From an uncultured virus (IMG/VR IMGVR_UViG_3300017783_000004) (taxonomy: Duplodnaviria; Heunggongvirae; Uroviricota; Caudoviricetes): DNA of 53,977 nt. The position numbers were made by a program, and so were the translations under genes. The notes beneath the pieces are model-generated. The model made no database searches, was not told the origin of the DNA, and saw nothing but the letters and a program-made list of their open reading frames with translations. Every line of letters starts with the position of its first letter. The first letter of the stretch is position 1. The stretch is from the IMG/VR virus record IMGVR_UViG_3300017783_000004; one strand, given 5' to 3'. Positions 40,081 through 48,823 of the stretch are shown here, in pieces.

Positions 40081-40788
40081 ATGGGTTTACCGATACAGAC
40101 TGCACCCTCGTATAATTGCGAATTACCAGTCAGCAAAACAAAGGTCAAGTACAGACCTTTCCTTGTTAAAGAACAAAGTTTTCTTTTACAGGCAAAAGAA
40201 AGTGCCGAAGCTTCTGATATTTTCAGTGGCATATTAGACTTAATTAAATCAGTGACGGACGGAAAGGTTGATGCGAACAAGATACCAATTGCTGATTTAG
40301 AATATTTGTTTTTACAGATAAGGTCTAAATCGATTGGAGAAAGTGTGACTCTTCCTTTAATCTGTCAAGCATCTCCAGATTGTGATGGCATATCTAATCA
40401 AGAAATAAACTTGGGTGATATCAAAGTCGACACAACTGGTATGCAAGATAATAAAGTAAAACTGAACGAGAACTTAATCGTTGAACTTCAACCACCTCTA
40501 ACTAAACTAGTAATGAAGTTAGAAGGTTTAGATGAAGCAGAAACAATCTTACCAGTTTTAAGAGAGTGTATGGTTAGACTCTTCGATGATGAGAATGTAT
40601 TTGAGTTATCTGAGTATAGAGATTCAGAAATTAATGAATTTATCGAAAGTTTAACAGTGACACAATTTGAAAAGATATCTGAGTATTTTGATGCAGTACC
40701 ATCACTTAAACATAAAGTGGAATGGACTTGCCCAAAATGCAAAGAAGAAACTTCAGTAGAATTACAAGGGCTTAACAATTTTTTTTAA
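40081..40788 (+). CDS. gp26: Baseplate hub subunit gp26
   Basis: LP....P.Y...LP, KYRPFLVKE, DLEYLFLQIRSKSIGE and C-terminal CxxC..GL.NFF motifs. Confidence 0.9.
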   Translation: MGLPIQTAPSYNCELPVSKTKVKYRPFLVKEQSFLLQAKESAEASDIFSGILDLIKSVTDGKVDANKIPIADLEYLFLQIRSKSIGESVTLPLICQASPDCDGISNQEINLGDIKVDTTGMQDNKVKLNENLIVELQPPLTKLVMKLEGLDEAETILPVLRECMVRLFDDENVFELSEYRDSEINEFIESLTVTQFEKISEYFDAVPSLKHKVEWTCPKCKEETSVELQGLNNFF

Positions 40789-40976
40789 TGTCCCTTTCGC
40801 ATGAGAGTATAGTTAATTATTATACAACTAACTTTCAGATGATGCAACACCATAAGTATTCATTGTCGGAGTTAGAAACAATGATACCATGGGAAAGGGA
40901 AATATATATCAAGATGCTGTTAAATCACCTTGAAGAAGAAAAGGAACGCCAGAAGGCGCAACAAAATAGGAGATAA
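40788..40976 (+). CDS. gp51: Baseplate hub assembly protein gp51-like
   Basis: NYY.TNF.MMQHHKYSL.ELE.MIPWEREIY motif. Confidence 0.85.
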   Translation: MSLSHESIVNYYTTNFQMMQHHKYSLSELETMIPWEREIYIKMLLNHLEEEKERQKAQQNRR

Positions 40977-40978
40977 TT

Positions 40979-41350
40979 ATGGCTAAAGATAACGATAGTA
41001 ATGAAGTCGAAATTGACCTGGATAAGTATATGGCCCTCATCGAAAAACTCGATGAACAAGAAGACCAAATCAAGGAGATGAAAGAGGATGCAATTGCAGC
41101 CAGAAATCAACTTGAACCAAAGAAGAGAACATTTGGAGACTTATTCTTAGATGACAATGATGTGAATGAAAAATCAATTATTGGTTTTATATCATTCTTC
41201 TTAATGGTCGTATTTGGCATTACAGATTTAGTGACTGCTCTAGTTTGGGATATGGACCTAAAAGTATCTGAAACAATCTACACATCATTTGTAGTTGTGA
41301 CATTGGGTGCATTTGGAATATCAGAAGCTGGAAAAGCGTTCGGAAAGTAA
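40979..41350 (+). CDS. Small membrane protein (coiled coil + 2 TM), holin-like candidate
   Basis: Two hydrophobic segments (IIGFISFFLMVVFGI; IYTSFVVVTLGAFGI). Confidence 0.6.
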   Translation: MAKDNDSNEVEIDLDKYMALIEKLDEQEDQIKEMKEDAIAARNQLEPKKRTFGDLFLDDNDVNEKSIIGFISFFLMVVFGITDLVTALVWDMDLKVSETIYTSFVVVTLGAFGISEAGKAFGK

Positions 41351-41356
41351 AGAAAG

Positions 41357-41364
41357 GATAAATA
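41357..41364 (+). promoter_or_regulatory. Late promoter-like GATAAATA, 6 nt from ATG
   Basis: GATAAATA-gattat-ATG. Confidence 0.5.
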
Positions 41365-41370
41365 GATTAT

Positions 41371-43323
41371 ATGCCATTACCAAATCCCAGCGCTAATCAT
41401 CAAGAAATTCAATCTAGGTTACTAGGAGATTCTCTCAGGCATCATGAAGAGACCAACATATGGTCTAAGAACACTGATATCAATACATTTCGTGGTAATG
41501 TTGAAACTAAAGAGGGTTTCACTAAACTCACTGGTAAGGTAGTAGCTGGTAACAAACTATTAGTACAAGAAAACGAAAGTCTCGATAACAACACAAATAG
41601 TTTATCAAGAGCATTTAGTTCCGTGACTGGCATCTTCGAGAGATTGGGTGAATCTCTTAGAAAACAGAAGTTCAGTGTAATGTTCGATAACTTTAGAAAA
41701 GAGGTTGGCAACACAGCGGCCTTTATGAAAACAGGTGGTGAAAGATTCCATACAGGCATGAAAGAATTGACCAATGGTATTGGTGTAATGGGTCCTTTGA
41801 TGAACAATCTTAAATCGGCAACCTTTAAATCTATTGCTGTATTCAATATCTTAGCTGGTACACTGACAATGTTTGGTGGTATTCTAAATCTACTTTCATT
41901 TGGCATACTTGGAAACCTTGTGGGCAGACTGAGAGATTTTGGTAGTTCAATAAAGGAATCAGCAGGCGAAAAACTCAAAGGTGCTAAAGAAAAGATAACC
42001 GGTTCTATGGAACTAGATGTATTTAAACGAAGTGCTGCTCAAAAAGATGTAGAGAGTGCTGAAAAAGATATAGCCGACTTCAACGATAAGGACAATCAAA
42101 GGGAAAGAGCATTTGGTAACCAAGTAGCAGACAATACTGTAAACATCTCTGGTCAATCTATACAAGATATAGGTAACTCTGTAGCTAATAAAGGCGAAAG
42201 TAATGACCGTTTTGAGGCGAGAGAATATGAAGCGAAGATGGATTTGGAAGAAGCACTCGCTGATAAAAAGAAAAAACAACAAGAATTATTTAATAAAAAA
42301 AGAGAAAAGGACGAAACTAAGTTTCAGGCCGGAAGAATTGCAAAAGAATTTTTATTATTTGGATTGCGATTAGCTCCGTATATTGCTTTAGGATTAGGTG
42401 TCACTTGGGTCGTCAATAAATTAAAAGGTGAGAGTGAGACTTTTGCTACAGGTATTGCAACGGCAGTGCAATTAGTAAAAACTAAGATTACGGATATCTT
42501 TAAAGGATTAAGAGCAAGTCTCTCTAAGATGTTCCCTAAACTGGTGCCACCAGCCCCCACAACACCAAAAGGCACAAAGTTAAATAAAGCTGGAAGACTT
42601 ATTGATGAGAAAACAGGTAAGTTTGTAAAAAATACAGTTGCTAATTCAGCTGATGATGTAGCTAAAGGTGGCGCCAAAGAAATTGCTAAGAAAGCAGGTT
42701 CTCAAGTTCTTAAGAAGATACCAATCGCTGGTGCAGTTTACGAAACAGTTGCGGATGCAAAATCTAATTCGGATAAACTAGACCTCATAACAGCCGCATA
42801 TGAAAACAAGACACCAGTTATGGATGATGGCAATGGCGGACTAAGACCATTGACTAAAGAAGAATTCGAAGGTGCGATTAAGGCGAACAAGGCAAATAAT
42901 GTTGGTTCAGTTGGTAGAGGTGCAGGCGCCCTTGGTGGTGCAGCTGCTGGTGCTGCTATAGGTTCTATTATTCCTGGAGTTGGTACTCTAGTAGGTGGAG
43001 TGATTGGTGGTCTTGTTGGTGGTATATTCGGAGGCAGAGCAGGAGATAAAGTCGCTACTAATATAGCAGGCGATATGATGGGTGTTGAAGACCCTCAAGG
43101 AATGATTGATGCATTGACCTCAAACATAGAAACAAATCTCTCTGGAGACCAACTGGCGAATCTGAAAGGCGACATAGATGATTCTAAAATGGCAACCAAT
43201 GCCACTACTTTAGTTAATAATGTTGCAAACAACACCAATGTGAATAACCAAGAATCAGTGCAAGTAAACATGGAATCTGTCAACGACAATCAAATGAGTT
43301 ATTCTACCGGAGGGGTTCGATAA
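41371..43323 (+). CDS. Tape-measure/hub protein, gp29-like (650 aa)
   Basis: Helical with hydrophobic segments, a glycine zipper (GALGGAAAGAAIG..GGVIGGLVGG) and an N/V-rich tail; follows gp26/gp51. Confidence 0.6.
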   Translation: MPLPNPSANHQEIQSRLLGDSLRHHEETNIWSKNTDINTFRGNVETKEGFTKLTGKVVAGNKLLVQENESLDNNTNSLSRAFSSVTGIFERLGESLRKQKFSVMFDNFRKEVGNTAAFMKTGGERFHTGMKELTNGIGVMGPLMNNLKSATFKSIAVFNILAGTLTMFGGILNLLSFGILGNLVGRLRDFGSSIKESAGEKLKGAKEKITGSMELDVFKRSAAQKDVESAEKDIADFNDKDNQRERAFGNQVADNTVNISGQSIQDIGNSVANKGESNDRFEAREYEAKMDLEEALADKKKKQQELFNKKREKDETKFQAGRIAKEFLLFGLRLAPYIALGLGVTWVVNKLKGESETFATGIATAVQLVKTKITDIFKGLRASLSKMFPKLVPPAPTTPKGTKLNKAGRLIDEKTGKFVKNTVANSADDVAKGGAKEIAKKAGSQVLKKIPIAGAVYETVADAKSNSDKLDLITAAYENKTPVMDDGNGGLRPLTKEEFEGAIKANKANNVGSVGRGAGALGGAAAGAAIGSIIPGVGTLVGGVIGGLVGGIFGGRAGDKVATNIAGDMMGVEDPQGMIDALTSNIETNLSGDQLANLKGDIDDSKMATNATTLVNNVANNTNVNNQESVQVNMESVNDNQMSYSTGGVR

Positions 43324-43329
43324 CTTAAC

Positions 43330-43527
43330 CTATTCAGGTATAAATCTTTTTTTTCTACTGTATAATGTTTTGTCCGAATGGACTTGTGTAGCACCTTGAC
43401 TAGGTGTTTCTTTTCTAACTTTTACCTCTGGTTTTTTCTTACCAAAGATTTTCTCCCAATTATCAGCATAGGCTTCTTCGTTTGAGTTCCTTCTCTTAGA
43501 ACCCTTGCCCCCATGCCAATTACTCAT
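43330..43527 (-). CDS. Small basic hypothetical protein (65 aa)
   Basis: WHGGKGSKRR..YADNWEKIFGKK; ATGA overlap with bS21. Confidence 0.7.
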   Translation of the reverse strand: MSNWHGGKGSKRRNSNEEAYADNWEKIFGKKKPEVKVRKETPSQGATQVHSDKTLYSRKKRFIPE

Positions 43528-43760
43528 CTTATTTTTCTATAATTACTTTGTGCCTTTCTCTTAGCGTCTAATTTCTTTCTACGCTTAAGGTCTTGATTCT
43601 TTTGATTCTTAGTGTCGTTAGGTTTCTCGTGGTACTGTCGTTGTCTAACTTCTTGTACTATCTCTGCCTTATCACATGCTCTTTTAAATCTTCTCAACAT
43701 GCTATCGAATCCCTCCGACTGTCTGGTTTTAGGATTTAATTTTGGACTAACTTTTGGCAT
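43524..43760 (-). CDS. rpsU: Phage-encoded ribosomal protein bS21
   Basis: FDSMLRRFKR.C.KA.I.QEVR.RQYHEKP matches the S21 signature; basic C-terminus. Confidence 0.88.
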   Translation of the reverse strand: MPKVSPKLNPKTRQSEGFDSMLRRFKRACDKAEIVQEVRQRQYHEKPNDTKNQKNQDLKRRKKLDAKRKAQSNYRKIR

Positions 43761-43774
43761 ATAATATTCTCTTA

Positions 43775-43935
43775 AAAAGTGTGAAGTCGCCCCAACGCTT
43801 ACAGCAACCCGCTCTTCACCGATTATCCCGCTTGTGTTTTGCTGATAACCTTTCCCCTACTTCGATACCCCCATATCCACGGCCGAAGTCTGTAGTTGCA
43901 ATCACTTCATGCATTATATAATACAACTACACCCT
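43775..43935 (-). ncRNA. Candidate structured RNA or cis-element between gp32 and bS21
   Basis: GC-rich non-coding island with four consecutive inverted repeats and G-tracts on the minus strand. Confidence 0.45.
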
Positions 43936-43945
43936 AGTAAGAAGA

Positions 43946-44842
43946 TTAGCTGTCAGCTAACTTCTTAAAGTAATCCATCGCATCATCTTCTTCCTCTGCT
44001 GAAGAAGTTTCAACTGATGAGATTACAGGTTCTTCTGCTACTGTTTCTTTATTAACTCCAGACCATGGCACTTCTTCCATGTCGTCTGCAATTGATTCAG
44101 CAGTAGAATTTGCTACAGCACCTGCAAGACCAAGAACTCTATCGAGTTTCTCTTTAAGTTCTTCATAAGACTTAAACTTACTAGGTGATATAATCTCTGA
44201 TAGACTCTTTGTAGACATAGCGATATTTTCTAATCTCGCCTCATCTTCAAATAGATTCGTAGGTGAATCAAACTCTGATTTGTCATAGTTCCAGTAGCCG
44301 TCTACTTTTCTAATTTTAATCTTAAAGTTTGCACCCTCGCCTCTTAAGTCAAAAGGATTAATAGCAGACTCATCTTCAAATGCTGGAGAGATAGCCTCTT
44401 TCAACATTTCAAAAATCTTCTTACCATATCGGTATTGAAATACCTTCCCTTCATTATCAGGATTCTTGGGGTCTGAAACAACAAAGATGTTAGAAACATA
44501 ATGAAGTCTACGCTTCTGTTTTCTAGCTTGTTCTTTGTTAGCCTCAATTCCTGTGTTCCACAACGATGTGTTGTATTCACTTACAGGGTCTTTTTTACCA
44601 ATGGTAGTTAAAGACTTTTCGATATACCAACCACCTGGACCTTGGAAACCATGGTCGAAGTAAGATACCCATGGCATCTCATCTCCTTCTGGTGTTGGCA
44701 AGAAACGAACTACTGCATAACCATTACCTGATTTATCAAGTTCTGGTTTCCAGAAAGTATCATCTCCGTAGGTTTTTTTATCACCTTGAGCTGGTGAAGC
44801 AGACTCCATAGCCTGTCTGAGCTTATCTAACGATGTTGACAT
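43946..44842 (-). CDS. gp32: Single-stranded DNA-binding protein gp32
   Basis: WKPELDKSGNGYAVVRFLP, HGFQGPGGWYIE.SLTT, YGKKIF and acidic tail ending YFKKLA. Confidence 0.96.
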   Translation of the reverse strand: MSTSLDKLRQAMESASPAQGDKKTYGDDTFWKPELDKSGNGYAVVRFLPTPEGDEMPWVSYFDHGFQGPGGWYIEKSLTTIGKKDPVSEYNTSLWNTGIEANKEQARKQKRRLHYVSNIFVVSDPKNPDNEGKVFQYRYGKKIFEMLKEAISPAFEDESAINPFDLRGEGANFKIKIRKVDGYWNYDKSEFDSPTNLFEDEARLENIAMSTKSLSEIISPSKFKSYEELKEKLDRVLGLAGAVANSTAESIADDMEEVPWSGVNKETVAEEPVISSVETSSAEEEDDAMDYFKKLADS

Positions 44843-44869
44843 TGTATTCTCCTATTGTATTCATATCGC

Positions 44870-44878
44870 ATTATATCA
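44870..44878 (-). promoter_or_regulatory. Extended -10 promoter (TGATATAAT) for gp32
   Basis: Perfect TGnTATAAT about 28 nt upstream of the ATG. Confidence 0.55.
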
Positions 44879-45623
44879 AAGACTCTAGGCCTTGACCTAG
44901 AATCCATTTATCTTCGACTTTAAATCGAGATAATAATTCATTATACACGATTTGGTCGAATCCTTCAATGGGGTTTTTAAAAAAAACCTTCACTTCAGGA
45001 TGTTCTATATTTATGTGTTCCATAAGGCTCACAAATTGAGATTGTTGTATTATTCTTACACCATATTCATTATGTTCACTGTAAGTATAAAGACCTTGTT
45101 TATTGTATACATTCTCTCCACTATCGAATTGTAATGCATCAAACCCTAATAAACATATGTTCTTGTAACCATGATGTACTGCATAACCCAATGCATACAT
45201 TCCACAATACAAGTTCTTGAGCAATTGATTTTCATATATAACTATGTTATTCGCATAGGCCCGATTATATCCAATCATATATGACCTTGCATCATCTCCG
45301 TAATAATTCTCCCCTTGCATCACAAATGCATCATCATCTTCTTTTCTGACTTCGTGTGTCTCACCAGGTAATCCTAACTTTATCATATCCCACATTTCTA
45401 TGGGTAGTTCGTTCCACTCGGCGACACAAACTTTTCCTTTCTTATAGTATTCTTCTTCAATCATTACTTTCTGAGGGTGAACATCATGTACAAAACACAT
45501 GTCTGGAGAATGTGTTCTATAGATGTAATTCATTCCCCACCACTCTGATAAGGTGTTAAGATTTACTTTCTCTCTCGATGGTCCATTACCAACCAAGTAT
45601 AACATGTCTAAGTTGTCTTGCAT
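44871..45623 (-). CDS. Maf/DUF115- or Cst-like glycosyltransferase-fold protein
   Basis: YLVGNGPSR, WGMN.IYR..PD and A...GY..I.LLGFD motifs; start may be at MLYLV. Confidence 0.6.
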   Translation of the reverse strand: MQDNLDMLYLVGNGPSREKVNLNTLSEWWGMNYIYRTHSPDMCFVHDVHPQKVMIEEEYYKKGKVCVAEWNELPIEMWDMIKLGLPGETHEVRKEDDDAFVMQGENYYGDDARSYMIGYNRAYANNIVIYENQLLKNLYCGMYALGYAVHHGYKNICLLGFDALQFDSGENVYNKQGLYTYSEHNEYGVRIIQQSQFVSLMEHINIEHPEVKVFFKNPIEGFDQIVYNELLSRFKVEDKWILGQGLESLI

Positions 45624-46204
45624 AGTTTTATAAGTTTTTGTTTATAGGTGTTGATGTTATAATTCATAAATGACTTATACTTATCAATCTTGTTTATTGT
45701 GTCTGGATATATCAGTGTTTCTGATATAAGAGTATTCCATTTCTTACTGTATTCAGTCACATCATCTAGTATACACATTGTCTCTAGTGATATGTTCTTA
45801 CCAAGGAATTGTTTGAGTAGATAGGGGTGTTGTCCGTTTGTGACAGTCAATACCTCCTGTATAGATTTCTTCTTTAATAGATACATCATGTCTTGTTCAA
45901 ACTGATAAGATAATCTCTGTTGTCTTTTCTTCCAATCTAAGTAGAGTTTCTTAGATTCATTTTCTAGTAAATCACCAACCCATGCATCTTTCAACGATAG
46001 GTTGGCAACATAGAAATCAAGTAGTTCACTCTTATATGTTCTCGCCAGTTTGGCAAAGTGATACTTGTCTTTTCGTTTCATGAAGGATGGTAAGTCTGCC
46101 TTGACCTTACCATTGTATTTGATGAAGTCATACGATGCTGAATTAAAGTGTAATTTAATCCCTAAGTATAACTGGTAACTATCAAATCCCTCACGACTCG
46201 ACAT
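45608..46204 (-). CDS. gp59: Helicase loader gp59
   Basis: Y.LYL.IKLHF....YDFIKYNGK, RKDKY.F.KL and ISLET..ILD motifs; synteny with gp32/gp33. Confidence 0.88.
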   Translation of the reverse strand: MSSREGFDSYQLYLGIKLHFNSASYDFIKYNGKVKADLPSFMKRKDKYHFAKLARTYKSELLDFYVANLSLKDAWVGDLLENESKKLYLDWKKRQQRLSYQFEQDMMYLLKKKSIQEVLTVTNGQHPYLLKQFLGKNISLETMCILDDVTEYSKKWNTLISETLIYPDTINKIDKYKSFMNYNINTYKQKLIKLCKTT

Positions 46205-46500
46205 TACTTATTCACTATAATCTTTTTCTTCTTAGGTACTTCTATACCTGAAAATGCAGTTCTATAAGCTTCTTGTACATCTTCATTTGTTTCACAAAGA
46301 AATACATAGTTTGCAATGACCATGAATTCAGGATCCACTTTACCTGTCACTGCAACTCCTTTTGCGAACCCCATGCCACCGTTAGGCGCCTGTACTATCA
46401 TTCGTGGGTTCTCTAATCTCAGACCATTCTCATCGCCTGCGTACTTTCCAATGTATTCACCACTCATGGTTACTACACTTACTAAATCACCTTTTTTCAT
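46204..46500 (-). CDS. Conserved hypothetical protein, Sm-like fold candidate (98 aa)
   Basis: GDLVSV...SGEYIGK, L.NPR.I and Y....SGI.VP patterns; SD AGGAG. Confidence 0.7.
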   Translation of the reverse strand: MKKGDLVSVVTMSGEYIGKYAGDENGLRLENPRMIVQAPNGGMGFAKGVAVTGKVDPEFMVIANYVFLCETNEDVQEAYRTAFSGIEVPKKKKIIVNK

Positions 46501-46509
46501 AATTTCTCC

Positions 46510-46743
46510 TTATGCAATAAAACTTTCAAGTGAACCACGACTTGCTTTCTCTCTGTTGATGAGTTTTAGTTTCTCTGCCTCAGCAGTCAACTTCTCCTTC
46601 AACGGAACAGATAGTAATCGTTTTGCACCTTCTGGTTCTACATTATTATTTTCACACACTTTGAGTATTGCACTCATTATGTCCGTCTTATTACCTACAA
46701 GCAATCTTTCCACTTGTTCTGTAAATTCTTTTCTACTAATCAT
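46510..46743 (-). CDS. gp33: Late transcription coactivator gp33
   Basis: F...VE, AIL..CE.N..EPE...LLS.PLKEKL.AEA motif; start reassigned to MISRK at 46743. Confidence 0.8.
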   Translation of the reverse strand: MISRKEFTEQVERLLVGNKTDIMSAILKVCENNNVEPEGAKRLLSVPLKEKLTAEAEKLKLINREKASRGSLESFIA

Positions 46744-47041
46744 TAAGACCGCCGAGACTAAAGAAGTACTCTGTACCACCCTTTCTGTCACTGAACCAAT
46801 CTTCGTATACATCCATTGTATCGGCCTCTGTTAGTATTTCAAAGATAGCATCACTCTTCATTTGACCATCGTAGTCACCTTGAAGTAATTCTGTATCTTC
46901 TTCTAGTCCACCAGATTCAATGTACTCTCGTACTTCATCTTCGGTTACACCACATTCTTCTAACCATCCACTATCGATGTGTTTTTCTTTTTTGACATAA
47001 ACGGTATGGTCTTCCGTCACAATCATAATTATATCACTCAT
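46736..47041 (-). CDS. Acidic hypothetical protein (101 aa)
   Basis: Coupled overlaps at both ends; W.SDRKGG.E motif. Confidence 0.65.
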   Translation of the reverse strand: MSDIIMIVTEDHTVYVKKEKHIDSGWLEECGVTEDEVREYIESGGLEEDTELLQGDYDGQMKSDAIFEILTEADTMDVYEDWFSDRKGGTEYFFSLGGLND

Positions 47042-47652
47042 AAATTTTCTCCGAATTTACTTTCTCTGAACCATAAGTTAAATGCATACTTCTCTCCTTC
47101 GAGTACAGGCAAACCTGCATGTTGAGAAAGAAGTTCTCGTTTTGTGGTATCTGGTTCGACATTATACCATATAACGACTGTGCCTTGTTTGGGTTGAACA
47201 TTAACCCCTAATCTATTAAATCCTGTTTCACCACCTTTGGGTACATCTCTAAGATAACCTAATGCAGTGATTATTCTTTGACCACCTTGTTGACTAACAT
47301 ACTTTTCATTGTATTGGTCGTCACTTTTGTCAAATGAGTCCCAATGATAATCGTATTCTTGTCCTACTTCGTAATGCACAACTTGAAATGGTTCGGCATT
47401 CTCTAATGGCATACGAACCGTATCTGATAATCTTTGTGCTACATTGAGTATAACATCATTGGTGTTATGTGGCAACCAGGTATTTGAACCTGTTCTACCT
47501 TTAATGAATTGTCCTTCACCATCATTACTAACAACCATAGATGGTTGCATAGTCTGTAAAGAATGTTGTAGAATGTGTTCACATTCATGTTCAGTCATAA
47601 AGTCAGGTATGACACTCACCATATGCATGTCATTATGATGAATGTTAATCAT
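47038..47652 (-). CDS. 2OG-Fe(II) oxygenase, prolyl 4-hydroxylase-like
   Basis: RTGSNTW, EPFQVVHY..GQEY..HWD, GQRI.T...YL.DV..GGET.F and HAGLPV..GEK...NLW motifs. Confidence 0.88.
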   Translation of the reverse strand: MINIHHNDMHMVSVIPDFMTEHECEHILQHSLQTMQPSMVVSNDGEGQFIKGRTGSNTWLPHNTNDVILNVAQRLSDTVRMPLENAEPFQVVHYEVGQEYDYHWDSFDKSDDQYNEKYVSQQGGQRIITALGYLRDVPKGGETGFNRLGVNVQPKQGTVVIWYNVEPDTTKRELLSQHAGLPVLEGEKYAFNLWFRESKFGENL

Positions 47653-48326
47653 ACGCCGTAAAGGTTCTTGTATTGTTCTCTGAGTTGATATAGTTCATCA
47701 ACATAGTCTTGAGGTTGTGCCTCAAAGATTTGAAATGTATTCATGCCTTCAACACCAACTATTGCAGTTATGTTATCAACAGCATGACCTGTTAGTTCTT
47801 CTACCATGATTGCATATGCAGTCATTTGTATATACCATGGTTTCGCCATGTATTCTTTTTTAAGTTTAGCAGAAGATTTAAAATCAATGATTGATAATTC
47901 ATTCTCCCATAACCCTACACAATCAACACGACCTGCCATTCTAAGTTCGTTAGAGTATAGAGGTGCTTCGAGGGCGATTGGTATAATCTCATCTAGTACA
48001 GGTTGTACTGCCTTAAACATTCCTTCTTGCAGTACATTCTCAAAGATAATTTCTTCTTTCTCTCTTCGTAAGTAATCTTCTACATGTTGATGAAACTTAG
48101 TACCACGAGTCGTTGCCTTCTTGGTAATCTTATTTGCCTCTTCAGCGCCTACTCGTTCTCTCCATAACTTAATATGTTCTCTGTTAAGTAGACCTGTCAC
48201 TGTTGTCACTGAGGGATATTTAATCTCACCAGCATCGTCTGTATAGAATCTTTTACCATTCTCCGATATTGTATTGAGTTGTATACTTTCTAATTCGTGC
48301 AAGTCGCACACTGGTGCTGTATTCAT
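47649..48326 (-). CDS. PD-(D/E)XK exonuclease (T4-like, Cas4-related)
   Basis: YPSVTTV, RGT.FH, AGRVDC, IIDFKS and Q..AYA motifs. Confidence 0.88.
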   Translation of the reverse strand: MNTAPVCDLHELESIQLNTISENGKRFYTDDAGEIKYPSVTTVTGLLNREHIKLWRERVGAEEANKITKKATTRGTKFHQHVEDYLRREKEEIIFENVLQEGMFKAVQPVLDEIIPIALEAPLYSNELRMAGRVDCVGLWENELSIIDFKSSAKLKKEYMAKPWYIQMTAYAIMVEELTGHAVDNITAIVGVEGMNTFQIFEAQPQDYVDELYQLREQYKNLYGV

Positions 48327-48329
48327 AAT

Positions 48330-48647
48330 TTACTTTCCTTTCTTTTGATTCTGTAGTTTGATATGTTTCTTAACGATATCTCGTGTCTTTGCTTCTTTGA
48401 CTCCTATACCATTATATCTTCTATCAACATCTGAACCTGGGTATGCCTTACCTACATTTGATAAGACTTCTTTAAACCCACCATCAATTTTAACCCTATC
48501 GCCCACACCACCTGTCGTTGGGGGTGCAGTAAGTATAACTTGTTTTAGATGTGGGTTATCTTTTTTGAATTGTTCTAGTTTGGTGTAAGACATGATTCGT
48601 TCTTCTATGCAACCAGTCTCTGAGTTTTCGAAATCGTATGCAGGCAT
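48330..48647 (-). CDS. FmdB-like putative regulator
   Basis: MP.YDF.N..TG N-terminus; GFKEVL..V motif. Confidence 0.65.
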   Translation of the reverse strand: MPAYDFENSETGCIEERIMSYTKLEQFKKDNPHLKQVILTAPPTTGGVGDRVKIDGGFKEVLSNVGKAYPGSDVDRRYNGIGVKEAKTRDIVKKHIKLQNQKKGK

Positions 48648-48823
48648 TATATGGGGTTTCCTTCTATCGTTTTTTCAACAAGTTCTCTGACTTGTTTTTC
48701 AGAATACCATAGACCACTATACATTTGTGTGTGGTCTTTCCATTCTACGATGTATCTTTTGTAACCGAAAGGTCTATCTGAGAAGATTCTCACATCACCA
48801 TAATTTTCTACTAATACTCTCAT
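48647..48823 (-). CDS. Hypothetical protein (58 aa)
   Basis: Start reassigned to MRVLV (ATGA overlap with the upstream stop). Confidence 0.6.
   Translation of the reverse strand: MRVLVENYGDVRIFSDRPFGYKRYIVEWKDHTQMYSGLWYSEKQVRELVEKTIEGNPI

Noticed and set aside
43775..43935. tRNA, tmRNA or SRP RNA identity for the structured element
   Set aside because: No TPsiC or D-loop consensus, CCA end, tag reading frame or SRP motif recognised.
47649..48326. Cas4 as evidence of a CRISPR-Cas system
   Set aside because: This is a stand-alone exonuclease typical of T4-like phages, with no array or other cas genes.
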